Source of the DNA: Thermoanaerobaculia bacterium
Lineage (GTDB): Bacteria > Acidobacteriota > Thermoanaerobaculia > Multivoradales > Multivoraceae
Reading direction: 5' to 3'
Assembly (NCBI GenBank): GCA_963664405.1
Contig: OY761158.1
Span: 6,048,001-6,112,000 of the forward strand
DNA: 64,000 nucleotides
Positions 41,273 through 50,507 of the stretch are shown piece by piece (within the stretch, counting starts at the first letter, position 1; each line of letters begins with the position of its first letter). The translations under genes were made by a program, and so were the position numbers. The notes beneath the pieces were generated by a model that did no database searches, was not told the DNA's origin, and saw only the letters and a program-made list of their open reading frames with translations.

Positions 41273-41627
41273 CTACCCTATCTCCACTCCCCATCTTGGC
41301 CTCCGCCAGCTCTCGATCGGCCCATCGCTCGCAGGCCTCCCAATACGCCTCCACCTGCTGGCGAAACTCCCGCCCCGCGGCCACCTGCAGGCGCGCTCTT
41401 TCGGCCTGTTGCGCCGAAAGACGCCGCGACTGGGTGCGCCCACCCACCGTGCGGGTGAGATTGAAGTAGGGACCGTGGCGAGCGTCTTCGCGGGTGGCGC
41501 ATCTGCAGTTTGGCTTGCCGCACTTGAGAAAACGCTGGCCGAGCGAGCCTCGCCGCATCGGCGTGGGCTGGGCGAGCTTCTCGACCGCCTTGCGCACGGT
41601 TTCCGGGACCATTTCGGGCTCCGACAT
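41214..41627 (-). CDS. DUF6788-like protein of the IS
   Basis: MRRGSL....KCGKPNCRC......HGPY. Confidence 0.8.
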   Translation of the reverse strand: MSEPEMVPETVRKAVEKLAQPTPMRRGSLGQRFLKCGKPNCRCATREDARHGPYFNLTRTVGGRTQSRRLSAQQAERARLQVAAGREFRQQVEAYWEACERWADRELAEAKMGSGDRVEKKGSRRSSRPRSRPKSRR

Positions 41628-41745
41628 AGTATCCTCCTTGTCTGTCAGCTATAGTAGCTGACAGACAACCTCAGTGCAACCCCTCGCTACCTGCCTCGGG
41701 CAGAGTCGCAACTTTGGTGTCGTGCACCCTATATCGCTACTTGAT

Positions 41746-41774
41746 TTGACTCTATTCACGGCTTGAGCTAAGTT
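41746..41774 (+). promoter_or_regulatory. Putative sigma70 promoter
   Basis: TTGACT-17 nt-TAAGTT just upstream of the riboswitch. Confidence 0.5.
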
Positions 41775-41785
41775 ATGATGTCGCT

Positions 41786-41895
41786 AACCCCGAAAAGGGC
41801 ACAACCGTCGCATGACGGCGCCGCAAAGCCCCGGGTCTCACCGCCGCACTGGGCTCACCTCGCTGGGGTGTAGATCGCCGGGCTGCCGAAGGGTT
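41786..41895 (+). ncRNA. Cyclic di-GMP-I (GEMM) riboswitch
   Basis: P1 AACCC/GGGTT, CGAAAAGGGCA, CGCAAAGCCCCGGGTCT, GATCGCCGGGCTGCCGAA core. Confidence 0.85.
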
Positions 41896-41896
41896 C

Positions 41897-41927
41897 GAGC
41901 TGAGCCATTCCAGGTCAGCTCTTAGCT
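41897..41927 (+). terminator. Hairpin in riboswitch expression platform (weak terminator or sequestering stem)
   Basis: GAGCTGA...TCAGCTC stem followed by TTAGCTT, just before the AAGGAG RBS. Confidence 0.4.
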
Positions 41928-41943
41928 TGGGAAGGAGCCTTTC

Positions 41944-43158
41944 ATGCGAACCCTCTTCATCCGTTGTGCCGTCGGCACATTCTCGTTGTCGTTGGTTGCC
42001 GCTGCCGAGGTCCTAGCTCAGGGCGGTCCACCACCTGTTCCGCCGGGAGGCGAAGCGCGGGGAGGAGGAGCGCCGATTCCGGAGGAGTTGGTTGTGGATG
42101 TCGAGTGCCCGGGCGACAGCATCAGCGACGCCCTGGCGCAGCCGGCGGTGACGTTGACGATCAATGTCGACGGCGAGTGCAATGAAAACGTCCAGATAGC
42201 ACGCGACAACGTCACTTTGCGCGGAGCCAACGGAGATCCAGCGGTTGACAAGATCGTGGGTATCGAGACCGAAGTCGTTGCTCCGCACTTCGGCATCGTC
42301 CTCCTGATCACAGGCGCCGCGAACGTCGTCGTCGAGGACCTGACGATCAGAAACGGCGCCCTTTGGGGGGTCGGTGTGACCGGCTTTGGAGTGTCCGAGG
42401 CGGTGCGGATCGAAAACTGTGTCATCAGCGACAACGCCTTCTGGGGACTGGTCGTTTTTCGTGGCCGTGGATCTGCGACCCAGATCGTCTTCAGCAACAA
42501 CGGCTCCGAAAGTTCCGGCCGCTTGCGGGGTGGAGCGGCGCGGGTCACCCGTTACTCGAGCTTTAACCTCAACAGCTGCACACTCGATGCGACCTTGCCG
42601 GACCCTTCGGCGACGAGCGTTACCGATCTCCTAACCGCCCTGAATGTGGATGCATACTCCACTGTGACAGTACGAAACCGCGATGGTGTGGCCGGGCTGC
42701 TGGAGGGCGCGACGAGCCTCAGTGCCAGCACTGGGTCGTCGGTGAGCCTGCGCGGAGAGAGGGTCGACGGGGTGGTGGTAAAGGCGCTGGATGTTGCGGG
42801 AAGGTTCTCGGTTCAGCGGAAGGCTCGTCTGGAGCTGCGCGACGTCACCCAGGGTGACCTCTTGACTTCGTCCAACAACGTCAGCTCCGACAGTATTCTG
42901 GATGCCTCCCGAGGGAGGACTACTCTGAGCCGGACGGTGATCGACAGTTTCTCCAATGCCAATCTGCGGGATGTGACTTTCGAGAGCCCGAACGGAGATC
43001 TCTTTGTCGATCGCTTTTCGCAGGCGATCATCAGCGGTGGCACAACTACGATTCATACCTTGAGTTGCTCGGCTGGCTCAGATGCCCTTTGCGAGTTTCC
43101 CAGTGCGACCGATCTGGGCGTAGGGACGATGACAGGCTGCAGTCTGTGCACGCAGTGA
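41944..43158 (+). CDS. Secreted right-handed parallel beta-helix protein
   Basis: Signal peptide, SISDAL...G.CNENVQI..DNVTL.G, I.NC.ISDN repeats. Confidence 0.7.
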   Translation: MRTLFIRCAVGTFSLSLVAAAEVLAQGGPPPVPPGGEARGGGAPIPEELVVDVECPGDSISDALAQPAVTLTINVDGECNENVQIARDNVTLRGANGDPAVDKIVGIETEVVAPHFGIVLLITGAANVVVEDLTIRNGALWGVGVTGFGVSEAVRIENCVISDNAFWGLVVFRGRGSATQIVFSNNGSESSGRLRGGAARVTRYSSFNLNSCTLDATLPDPSATSVTDLLTALNVDAYSTVTVRNRDGVAGLLEGATSLSASTGSSVSLRGERVDGVVVKALDVAGRFSVQRKARLELRDVTQGDLLTSSNNVSSDSILDASRGRTTLSRTVIDSFSNANLRDVTFESPNGDLFVDRFSQAIISGGTTTIHTLSCSAGSDALCEFPSATDLGVGTMTGCSLCTQ

Positions 43159-43236
43159 GCTCGACGGGTCGGAAGTGATCATCCTGCCCGGGGCCAACGA
43201 GCCCGTTTACGTCAACGGGAGAGGCGGACTAACATT

Positions 43237-44106
43237 ATGCGCATGGAGGTCTCGGACCGGGTAACCGAGATCAGTGAGCTCGACTTCGGTGCAAAGGTCG
43301 TCGAGCGCTCACGTGAGGTCCCCGTCCTCGTCGACTTCTGGGCCTCCTGGTGCGGTCCCTGCCGAGTGCTAGGTCCCGAGATCGAGCGCGTCGTCGACGA
43401 GCTCGATGGCGCCGTGGCGCTGGCCAAGGTCGATAGCGACGCGAATCCGCAGCTCTCCGCGCAATTCGCCATTCGCTCGATCCCCAATGTGATCCTGTTC
43501 AAAGACGGCCAGCCTGTCGACCGCTTTGTCGGCGCGCTGCCGCACGACGCCATCGTCGACTTTCTGCGTCCGCACGTGGAGACCGCCACCGATCGGTTGG
43601 TGGCCTCGGGCAACGCCTATCTGGAGGCTGAAGATGTGGTGGCCGCGGCGGTCAGCTTCGAGGAGGCCCTCGGTACCGGAGGAGAGGTTCCTGGCGCCGA
43701 GCTGGGGCTTGCCCGAATTGCTTTGACCGGCGGTGACTTCGAGGCCGTTGTGCGACACGCCGAGGCGATCAGTCCAGCCGCGGATGAGGCCGTCATGGCT
43801 CGATCGCTGATCGATGTAGTCGAGCTTGCGAGCTCGGCGGCTAGAAGCGGCGATTCATCCGCTCTCGAGGCCCGCCTTCGGGCCGATGAAAGCGACTTGG
43901 ACGCGCGCTTCGCCCTCGCTGGGCACGCACTGGCCGCCGGGCAGCATCGGCAGGCACTGGAGGGCTACCAAACGATCGCCGAGGCCGATCGGGGCTGGCG
44001 TGACGAGGCTGCACGGAAGGCGATGCTCGTCGTATTCGGTGTGATCGGCGCTCGCCATCCGATGGCCGACGAGTTTCGAGACCGGCTCCGAAGGGTCTAC
44101 TACTGA
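43237..44106 (+). CDS. cnoX: Thioredoxin-TPR chaperedoxin (CnoX/YbbN family)
   Basis: VLVDFWASWCGPC plus TPR C-terminus ending FR.RL. Confidence 0.88.
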   Translation: MRMEVSDRVTEISELDFGAKVVERSREVPVLVDFWASWCGPCRVLGPEIERVVDELDGAVALAKVDSDANPQLSAQFAIRSIPNVILFKDGQPVDRFVGALPHDAIVDFLRPHVETATDRLVASGNAYLEAEDVVAAAVSFEEALGTGGEVPGAELGLARIALTGGDFEAVVRHAEAISPAADEAVMARSLIDVVELASSAARSGDSSALEARLRADESDLDARFALAGHALAAGQHRQALEGYQTIAEADRGWRDEAARKAMLVVFGVIGARHPMADEFRDRLRRVYY

Positions 44107-44213
44107 GACCCCTCCGGTGTCGAGCTTCTGCGGCGCAGAGATTTCTTCTAGAACTCGCCCGCGGCTGCGGTAGTCTTGCCCGACTTGCCTGACTAGAGTG
44201 GAGGGTTTCGAAG

Positions 44214-45794
44214 ATGGGGTTGACTGAGTGGTCGTGGCTTTTTCTGTGCATCTACATCGTCGGGATGTTGGCTTTTGGGTGGATCGCGAGTCGGCGGATC
44301 AAGAACGCCGATGACTTCGCCACGGCTCGTAATAGTTACGGGCCCTACTTCTTGGCTTTCGCTTTCGCTGCCAGCACCGCCAGTGGCGCCACTTTCCTGG
44401 GTAGCCCAGGCCTCGGCTACCAGTACGGCACAGCCACGTTGTGGGGGAAATTCCTCTATCCGATCGGCGTCTACCTCGGGGTCTTGATCACGATCAAGCT
44501 GGTTTCTTCGTCGGGGCACAAATTCGGTAACCGTTCGATTCCCGAGTATCTCGGGGACCGCTATCAGAGCGACGGGGTACGACTGTTGGTTGCCGTCTTT
44601 TCCCTTGTGCTCTTCTTCTACATCGCCGGACAGCTGGTCTCGGGGCTGGTGATGTTCGAGACCATGCTTGGGCTGGAGCCGATGTGGGCTCTCGGCATCA
44701 CGACGTTCGTGTTGCTGATCTACGTCGTTATGGGCGGCGCCCATGCCGACATCCTCACCGACGGGGTTCAGGGCCTGATGATGTTGATCGTGGCGTTGAT
44801 CACGATCACGCTTTTCGTCTTCGGCGTCGGCATCGACGGCGGCATGTTTGCCGTCTTCAAGAACATCCGTGAGCAGGATGCCAGCCTGGGCGGGCTGCTC
44901 AACAAGACAACCCCTCTCTACCACTCGTGGTGGTCGATCGTGAGCGTACTGTTTGCCCACATACCCCTGGGGATGCTGCCCCATCTCGGCAACAAGGTGT
45001 GGGCGTTGAAGCACAGCGACGACCAGCGGAAGTTCGTCAAGCTGGCTTTTGCCGTCGGCCTGACCCTGGGTCTGATGGGAGTGGGTGGTCTGATCGGCCG
45101 GGCGATCCTCGGCCCTGTTCTCCTAGAGGCCGGGCGCAGTCCGAACGAGGCCTTGCCGCTGCTATTCATCGAGTTGTTCCCGACCTGGTTCGCCGCGTTG
45201 ATCGGCGTTGGCATCCTCGCCGCCATCATGTCGACGGCGGATGGGCTGGTGGTCTCCTCGTCGCAGATCATCGCCAACGACATCTATCGCCGCTCGCTCG
45301 TTCCCAAGTTCTTCTCCGAGCTGAGCGAGGAAAAGGTGGATCATCATGTGCTGCTGATCAGCCGTTGGAGCACCGTAATCGTGCTGCTCCTCTGCATGTT
45401 CATGGCCTGGTCGCTGATGAATATGAATATCGCTCTGTTGGTCTGGATCGGCACTGGCGGAATGATGGCAGCCTTTGCCGGACCGCTGGTGCTAGGGGGG
45501 CTGTGGCGGGGTGTGACCCTCCCCGGGGCCTACGCCGGACTGGTCTGCGGTATGGGAACCTTCATTTTCCTACACAGCGGCATTATCGAGCCGAGCTACT
45601 TCGGCCCTCTCTCGGGTATTGCCCAGTGGCTCAAGATCGAGGCGCCGAACCCCTACTCCTGTGCGGCGATTGGAGAGGCGATATCGATCGGTGCCACCTG
45701 GGCGGTCTCGAAGCTCACCCAGCCGCTGCCCCAGGAGCACGTCGAGCGCGTATTCGGATCGGTTGAGGAAGCTGGTCTAGGGCTCGAGGCGTAG
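44214..45794 (+). CDS. Sodium:solute symporter
   Basis: SGATFLG.PG, TDGVQG, AAIMSTAD, about 13 TM segments. Confidence 0.92.
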   Translation: MGLTEWSWLFLCIYIVGMLAFGWIASRRIKNADDFATARNSYGPYFLAFAFAASTASGATFLGSPGLGYQYGTATLWGKFLYPIGVYLGVLITIKLVSSSGHKFGNRSIPEYLGDRYQSDGVRLLVAVFSLVLFFYIAGQLVSGLVMFETMLGLEPMWALGITTFVLLIYVVMGGAHADILTDGVQGLMMLIVALITITLFVFGVGIDGGMFAVFKNIREQDASLGGLLNKTTPLYHSWWSIVSVLFAHIPLGMLPHLGNKVWALKHSDDQRKFVKLAFAVGLTLGLMGVGGLIGRAILGPVLLEAGRSPNEALPLLFIELFPTWFAALIGVGILAAIMSTADGLVVSSSQIIANDIYRRSLVPKFFSELSEEKVDHHVLLISRWSTVIVLLLCMFMAWSLMNMNIALLVWIGTGGMMAAFAGPLVLGGLWRGVTLPGAYAGLVCGMGTFIFLHSGIIEPSYFGPLSGIAQWLKIEAPNPYSCAAIGEAISIGATWAVSKLTQPLPQEHVERVFGSVEEAGLGLEA

Positions 45795-45836
45795 AAGATT
45801 TCCGCTTAGGCGTGCGGAGAGAGCTCGAGGAAGTCC

Positions 45837-47867
45837 ATGCCATGGAGGAACTGTTCAGCCGTTTTCAGGCTCGCCGCGATCGGCTGGGTGGCTCTGGCTG
45901 GCGGGGCAGTGGGTCAGGAGGCGGGCCGGGAGAGCGGCCGTCGTGACTGGCCCACTTTCGGTGCCGACGGTGCGGCCAGCCGCTACTCGCCTCTCGACCA
46001 GATCGACCGCGACAACTTCCAGCAGCTCGAGATCGCGTGGCGTTGGGAGTCGATCTCCGGTGCGGTGGCGGCGGCCAATCCCCGGGTTCGTCCGGGAGAG
46101 TTCAAAGTCATTCCGATCATCGTCGACGGCATCGTCTACGTTGCGACCGAGATCTCGCAGGTAGCGGCGATCGATGCCGGCACCGGTGAGACCGTTTGGT
46201 CCTACGACCCCGAGAGCTGGAAGGCGGGACGGCCCGCCAACATAGGTTGGCAGCACCGGGGCGTCGCGTATTGGAGTGACGGCGAGGAAGCACGCATCTT
46301 CATCGCCACGCAAGACCGCCGGCTGCTCGCTCTCGACGCGCGAACCGGAGAGCCCAGCTCGGAGTTCGGCGTTGGAGGAGAGGTGGATCTCTTCGCCGAT
46401 CGCGGTGCCGAACACTTCGGACGGCAGGTCAACATCCGTCACATCACTCATAGCTCGCCGCCTGCCGTAATCGGAAATACGGTCGTTGTCGGTTCGGTGG
46501 TTCACGACGGCGCCACCCATAAAGCCGCTCCCCCCGGATGGGTCCGTGCTTTCGATGCGCACAGTGGCCGCTTGAAGTGGATCTTCCACACCATCCCCCA
46601 GCACGGGGAGCTCGGCAACGAAACTTGGGAGGATGGCTCGTGGCGCTACAGCGGCGCCACCAATGTGTGGTCGATGATGGCGGTCGACGAGGAGCTGGGC
46701 TACATCTACCTTCCGGTCGCGACGCCGACCAACGATATGTACGGAGGCCACAGGCTCGGCGACAACCTTTACGCCGAATCGATAGTTTGTCTCGAAGCCG
46801 AGACCGGGAAGCGAGTGTGGCACTTCCAGGTGGTTCATCACGGACTCTGGGACTACGACCTTGCCAGCGCACCGATACTGGCCGACATTACCGTCGATGG
46901 CCAGGCTATCCGCGCTGTGGCGCAGGTCTCGAAGCAGGGGTTCACCTACGTTTTCGACCGCGTTACCGGCAAACCGGTGTGGCCGATCGAGGAACGGCCG
47001 GTACCGCCGTCGTCGGTTCCCGGCGAGCGGGCGTCCCCTACCCAGCCCTTTCCAACTCGACCCGCCCCCTTCGAGCGCCAGGGCACCCGTGAGGAGGCCC
47101 TCATCGACCTCACTCCTGAGCTTGCCAAAGAGGCCCGAGAGATCGCAGCCGGTTTTACCCTAGGTCCGCTCTATACCCCGCCGCGACGAGATGTGGACGG
47201 CAAACCGGTACTCATCCTCCCCAATCCGGGAGGCGGAGCCAACTGGCAGGGAGCGGCCCTGGATCCTGAGACCGGCATCCTCTACATTCCATCGTGGTCG
47301 GCCCCCACCGCTTTCTCAGTTGCCACGCCGGACCGAGCGCGTTCGGACTTCGATTACGTCATCAAGAGTTGGCTCACTCAGACCGCAGGTCCGCAAGGCC
47401 TGCCTTTGACGAAGCCGCCGTGGGGGCGAGTGACCGCCATCGACCTAAACACCGGTGAGCATGTTTGGATGACTCCCAATGGTCATGGCCCGGTCTCGCA
47501 CCCTGCGTTGGCAGGCCTCGACCTCGGGATGTTGGGTGGCGGTGGCGGCGGCCCCCTGCTCACCAAGACTCTTCTTTTCGTCAACCAGGTGCGGGGCCTG
47601 GGCGACGAGAACACTCCTCGCCTCAACGTTTTCGACAAGGCCGCCGGCGAGCTCCTTGGCCACGTACCGATGCCGGAGACTCCTAACGGCAACCCTGTGA
47701 CCTACCTCCACGAAGGCCGGCAGTACATCGTCGTCGCCGTCGGCGGCGGTCCTTTCGTGAGCCAAGATGAAGGCGATTGGAACGACGCAACCTCCGAGCA
47801 GGTTCGCCAGGTGATTCGCGCAACGCGCCCGACGACGCCGGAGCTCATTGCGCTGCGCCTGCCCTGA
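45837..47867 (+). CDS. PQQ-dependent quinoprotein (glucose dehydrogenase-like)
   Basis: RYSPLDQI, WHFQVVHHGLWDYD, WPIEERPVP, PPWGRVTAIDL. Confidence 0.9.
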   Translation: MPWRNCSAVFRLAAIGWVALAGGAVGQEAGRESGRRDWPTFGADGAASRYSPLDQIDRDNFQQLEIAWRWESISGAVAAANPRVRPGEFKVIPIIVDGIVYVATEISQVAAIDAGTGETVWSYDPESWKAGRPANIGWQHRGVAYWSDGEEARIFIATQDRRLLALDARTGEPSSEFGVGGEVDLFADRGAEHFGRQVNIRHITHSSPPAVIGNTVVVGSVVHDGATHKAAPPGWVRAFDAHSGRLKWIFHTIPQHGELGNETWEDGSWRYSGATNVWSMMAVDEELGYIYLPVATPTNDMYGGHRLGDNLYAESIVCLEAETGKRVWHFQVVHHGLWDYDLASAPILADITVDGQAIRAVAQVSKQGFTYVFDRVTGKPVWPIEERPVPPSSVPGERASPTQPFPTRPAPFERQGTREEALIDLTPELAKEAREIAAGFTLGPLYTPPRRDVDGKPVLILPNPGGGANWQGAALDPETGILYIPSWSAPTAFSVATPDRARSDFDYVIKSWLTQTAGPQGLPLTKPPWGRVTAIDLNTGEHVWMTPNGHGPVSHPALAGLDLGMLGGGGGGPLLTKTLLFVNQVRGLGDENTPRLNVFDKAAGELLGHVPMPETPNGNPVTYLHEGRQYIVVAVGGGPFVSQDEGDWNDATSEQVRQVIRATRPTTPELIALRLP

Positions 47868-47972
47868 TCACTCGAAACGGCGCCTACTTGCTTCGCTATC
47901 GCCTCCACCACGACACGACTGTCGTGATCCGTGCCTGGCACAGCCGAGAGGCGCGGGAGTAAGAGAACAGGA

Positions 47973-48160
47973 TGCGCCGTCCTCGGCGCCATGTTCACTA
48001 GCCGGAGGAAATGATAGCGGTCACTTCCGGAGGCAGGGAGCGTGTCCGAGTACTTGTCCTGAGCCGTTTCCCGGAGCGAGTAGGAAGCAACGCCCGAGTG
48101 CGCCGTCCTCGGCGCCATGTTCACTAGCCGGAGGAAATGATAGCGATCATTTCTGGAGGC
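47973..48160. repeat. Two 62-bp direct repeats (47973-48034, 48099-48160), each with an internal hairpin
   Basis: 3 mismatches; GAAATGAT-AGCG-ATCATTTC stem; between convergent genes. Confidence 0.9.
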
Positions 48161-49599
48161 TAGTAGGAGTGCAAGTCGACGTCGGCTAGCGACGTCAGCG
48201 CCGCGAAGTCCGGGTCGGCGTGAAAGTCGGCGAAAACGATGTCCTCACGCGCCTCTCGCATCTCTTTGGCCCGAACCGCATCGTAGCGCTCGTATTCGTA
48301 GAAGTGTCGGCGTAGAAGCTCGAAAGTCTTGGCGCGATCGCCGAGCTGGGCGTAGATCGCCGCCAGGTTGTAGGACGCCGCCAGCACGCCTTCGTGCCGC
48401 TTCGCGATCTCGATCGCCTCCGCGGGCCTACCGAGCTCTACCAGGTAGGTGGCAGCGAAGATCTGGTTGTAGACCTCCTCGGGCTCGAGCTCTAGCGCGT
48501 TTCTGACGTAGGCGTAGGCCTTCTCGTGATCGTCCTCTGTATTCCAGTACACCGCCAGGTTGCGATAGGTCAGAGACAGCGGATATTCCCGCAAAGAGGC
48601 CTCGAAGAGCTGGAGGCCGCGATCGAAGCCGCCACCGTGGATGGTCATCTTGCCGAGGCCGTGGAGGGCCACCGCTCGCGAAAGCCGATCGGCAGGCATT
48701 TCGAGGATTTGCTCGAAGATCCGCGCCGCCTCGACCCAATCGCCGGTGTGGTGCCGATGAAGCTCGCCTAGAAAGCGGAGGACGACAGGATCGCCAGGGT
48801 CTAGAGCGTTGGCTTTCTCATAGAGGTGCTGAGCCTCGGCCAGGTTCTCGCTTCGCTCCGCGGCCAAACCGCGTTCCATCAGCGAGACGATGAGGGTAGT
48901 GGTCTCTTCCCGGAGATCGGGGCTCGGTCCCTCCCAGATCTCTGCCAGCTGAGGGGCCGAACGGCCCATCTTCTTCAGCGCCTTCGCGGCCTTCTTTCCC
49001 ATCGAAGGGAAGAGGCAACTGTCCTCGGTGATCAGACCGTAGAGTCTGGCGGCGTTGTCTTCGTCGCCTTCCTTCTGGTGCAGCTTGGCGTTCTTGAGAA
49101 GCTCCTTGAGGGTGCGGTTGCGAGCGCTGAGCTCGTTCCCCACCAACTTCTCGACCTGCGAGACCCGGATTCTTCCTTTGGTAGCGCCAACCCGACCGAG
49201 CACGTCGCCGTCGCGAGTAACGATGACGGCAGTCGGCTCATCGCTCGGTGCCTCGAAACGTGAGCGCAGGTCGCTGTTGCTGTCGGGAACGAGGCCGACG
49301 CCTACGCACTGCCCCGACCAGTTGACCAGCTCGCGTGACTCGCGCATCGAAGATTTCTCGGCGTTCTCGGGCCCGGTCGGAAACCAGAACACAATGATGT
49401 CTCCGGGAGGCGCCGACTCGGTATCTGGAACGAACTCCCAGGGCACGAAATAGGTGGCTGCGCCACCTGATGCGATGCCCCCCATTCCTCCGCCACCTCC
49501 GCCACCGCAGGTGGCATGGACAGTAGGGGCGACCAACATCCAACCGATCAGGACTGCAACCACCGTCTGACGGGCTATCTCTGGGCTCCTTCGCCTCAT
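48160..49599 (-). CDS. Secreted TPR protein with N-terminal TCG7MGG motif
   Basis: Signal peptide, poly-Gly tract, several TPR-like helices. Confidence 0.75.
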   Translation of the reverse strand: MRRRSPEIARQTVVAVLIGWMLVAPTVHATCGGGGGGGMGGIASGGAATYFVPWEFVPDTESAPPGDIIVFWFPTGPENAEKSSMRESRELVNWSGQCVGVGLVPDSNSDLRSRFEAPSDEPTAVIVTRDGDVLGRVGATKGRIRVSQVEKLVGNELSARNRTLKELLKNAKLHQKEGDEDNAARLYGLITEDSCLFPSMGKKAAKALKKMGRSAPQLAEIWEGPSPDLREETTTLIVSLMERGLAAERSENLAEAQHLYEKANALDPGDPVVLRFLGELHRHHTGDWVEAARIFEQILEMPADRLSRAVALHGLGKMTIHGGGFDRGLQLFEASLREYPLSLTYRNLAVYWNTEDDHEKAYAYVRNALELEPEEVYNQIFAATYLVELGRPAEAIEIAKRHEGVLAASYNLAAIYAQLGDRAKTFELLRRHFYEYERYDAVRAKEMREAREDIVFADFHADPDFAALTSLADVDLHSY

Positions 49600-49676
49600 G
49601 CTTCGCCTCCGCTGAATTTGTTCGAGAGTAATAGATGTTCAGTCTACGTCGTCTCGCGACGGTAGGTAAACCCAGG

Positions 49677-50027
49677 TCAGAGAAGACGGTGGGCTTCTTC
49701 CACCAGCTCGTCTACTTTGCTCCCCGACTCTTCGTCGATCACCCTGCGCAGGGCCGGGCTCACTCCCTCGATCGCGACGACCAGACGTCGGAGAGTGGCG
49801 CGCTGCTCTTTTGCGCGCGTCCCGTCGTCCGTCGGCGTCGTGAGATCGTCGGCGATGGAGCCGTCGGATCTTGATGCGACCATGGCGTCGGGGAGGCCAC
49901 GGACCCATACCAGGGTGCGACGCCCCGGCCCCCGACCCTCGGTGATGGGCTCGACTGCGATCACTTCGTCGGAGCGTGCGTACTTTCCGTAGCCCAGGCT
50001 GACAAGCTGGCCAGATTGTATTCGCAA
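49677..50027 (-). CDS. Small protein, distantly RemA/DUF370-like
   Basis: LVSLGYG..ARSDEVIAV...GRRT pattern; TTG start. Confidence 0.5.
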   Translation of the reverse strand: MRIQSGQLVSLGYGKYARSDEVIAVEPITEGRGPGRRTLVWVRGLPDAMVASRSDGSIADDLTTPTDDGTRAKEQRATLRRLVVAIEGVSPALRRVIDEESGSKVDELVEEAHRLL

Positions 50028-50507
50028 GGTCCCTCTCCCCGGATCCGACAGAGTCGGTCGGATTCCATCAGGCCGGCGCTAGCGTGAGCCGTCCGGACAC
50101 TATCGTAGCAAGCCTGACATCAGGTCGGCGTTCCCGGCCAGAGGCCTGGGGATATCGGCCACAAGGCGCTCAGTCGTCGTCTTCTCCCGCCGACCCGCCC
50201 CGGGGCTCGTGACGCGTGTCGTGCCATGAAGGCGTAGCGGCGGAACATCTGGGGTGGAGATCCGATTCGTACACATCCTCTTGAAGCTGGCGGATCACGT
50301 CGGGCGCCCCGAGGGCGGAGAGGGGCTGTATTCGGCCGATGAGTCGCTGGATGAAAACGGGTATCGTCGAGACCCGCGCCGACGGGTTCCTGATCCGCGA
50401 TCGCAGTGCTCTCGAAGCCCTCTCGCAGGGGTGAGTTGCGCGCCGGCGCCTTTCGGCGCCGGGCGCTCATGTGATAGGACAGGCGAGTACCGCGAACATC
50501 AGGAGGT

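Larger units (their letters stand above)
36536..41729 (-). mobile_element. ISKra4-like element, interrupted by IS21
   Basis: Imperfect ends GGGCGTACGTCA / TGTCGTGCACCC; DUF6788-like ORF plus DDE transposase (VDGTG, GDGA.WIW, D.YHAKEH, G.VEAGCK); no clear TSD. Confidence 0.8.

Noticed and set aside
47973-48160. CRISPR array
   Set aside because: Only two units of 62 bp, too long for CRISPR repeats, and no cas genes
50028-50507. 480-bp intergenic gap as a possible ncRNA
   Set aside because: No recognisable tRNA, riboswitch or repeat pattern by eye; would need an Rfam scan
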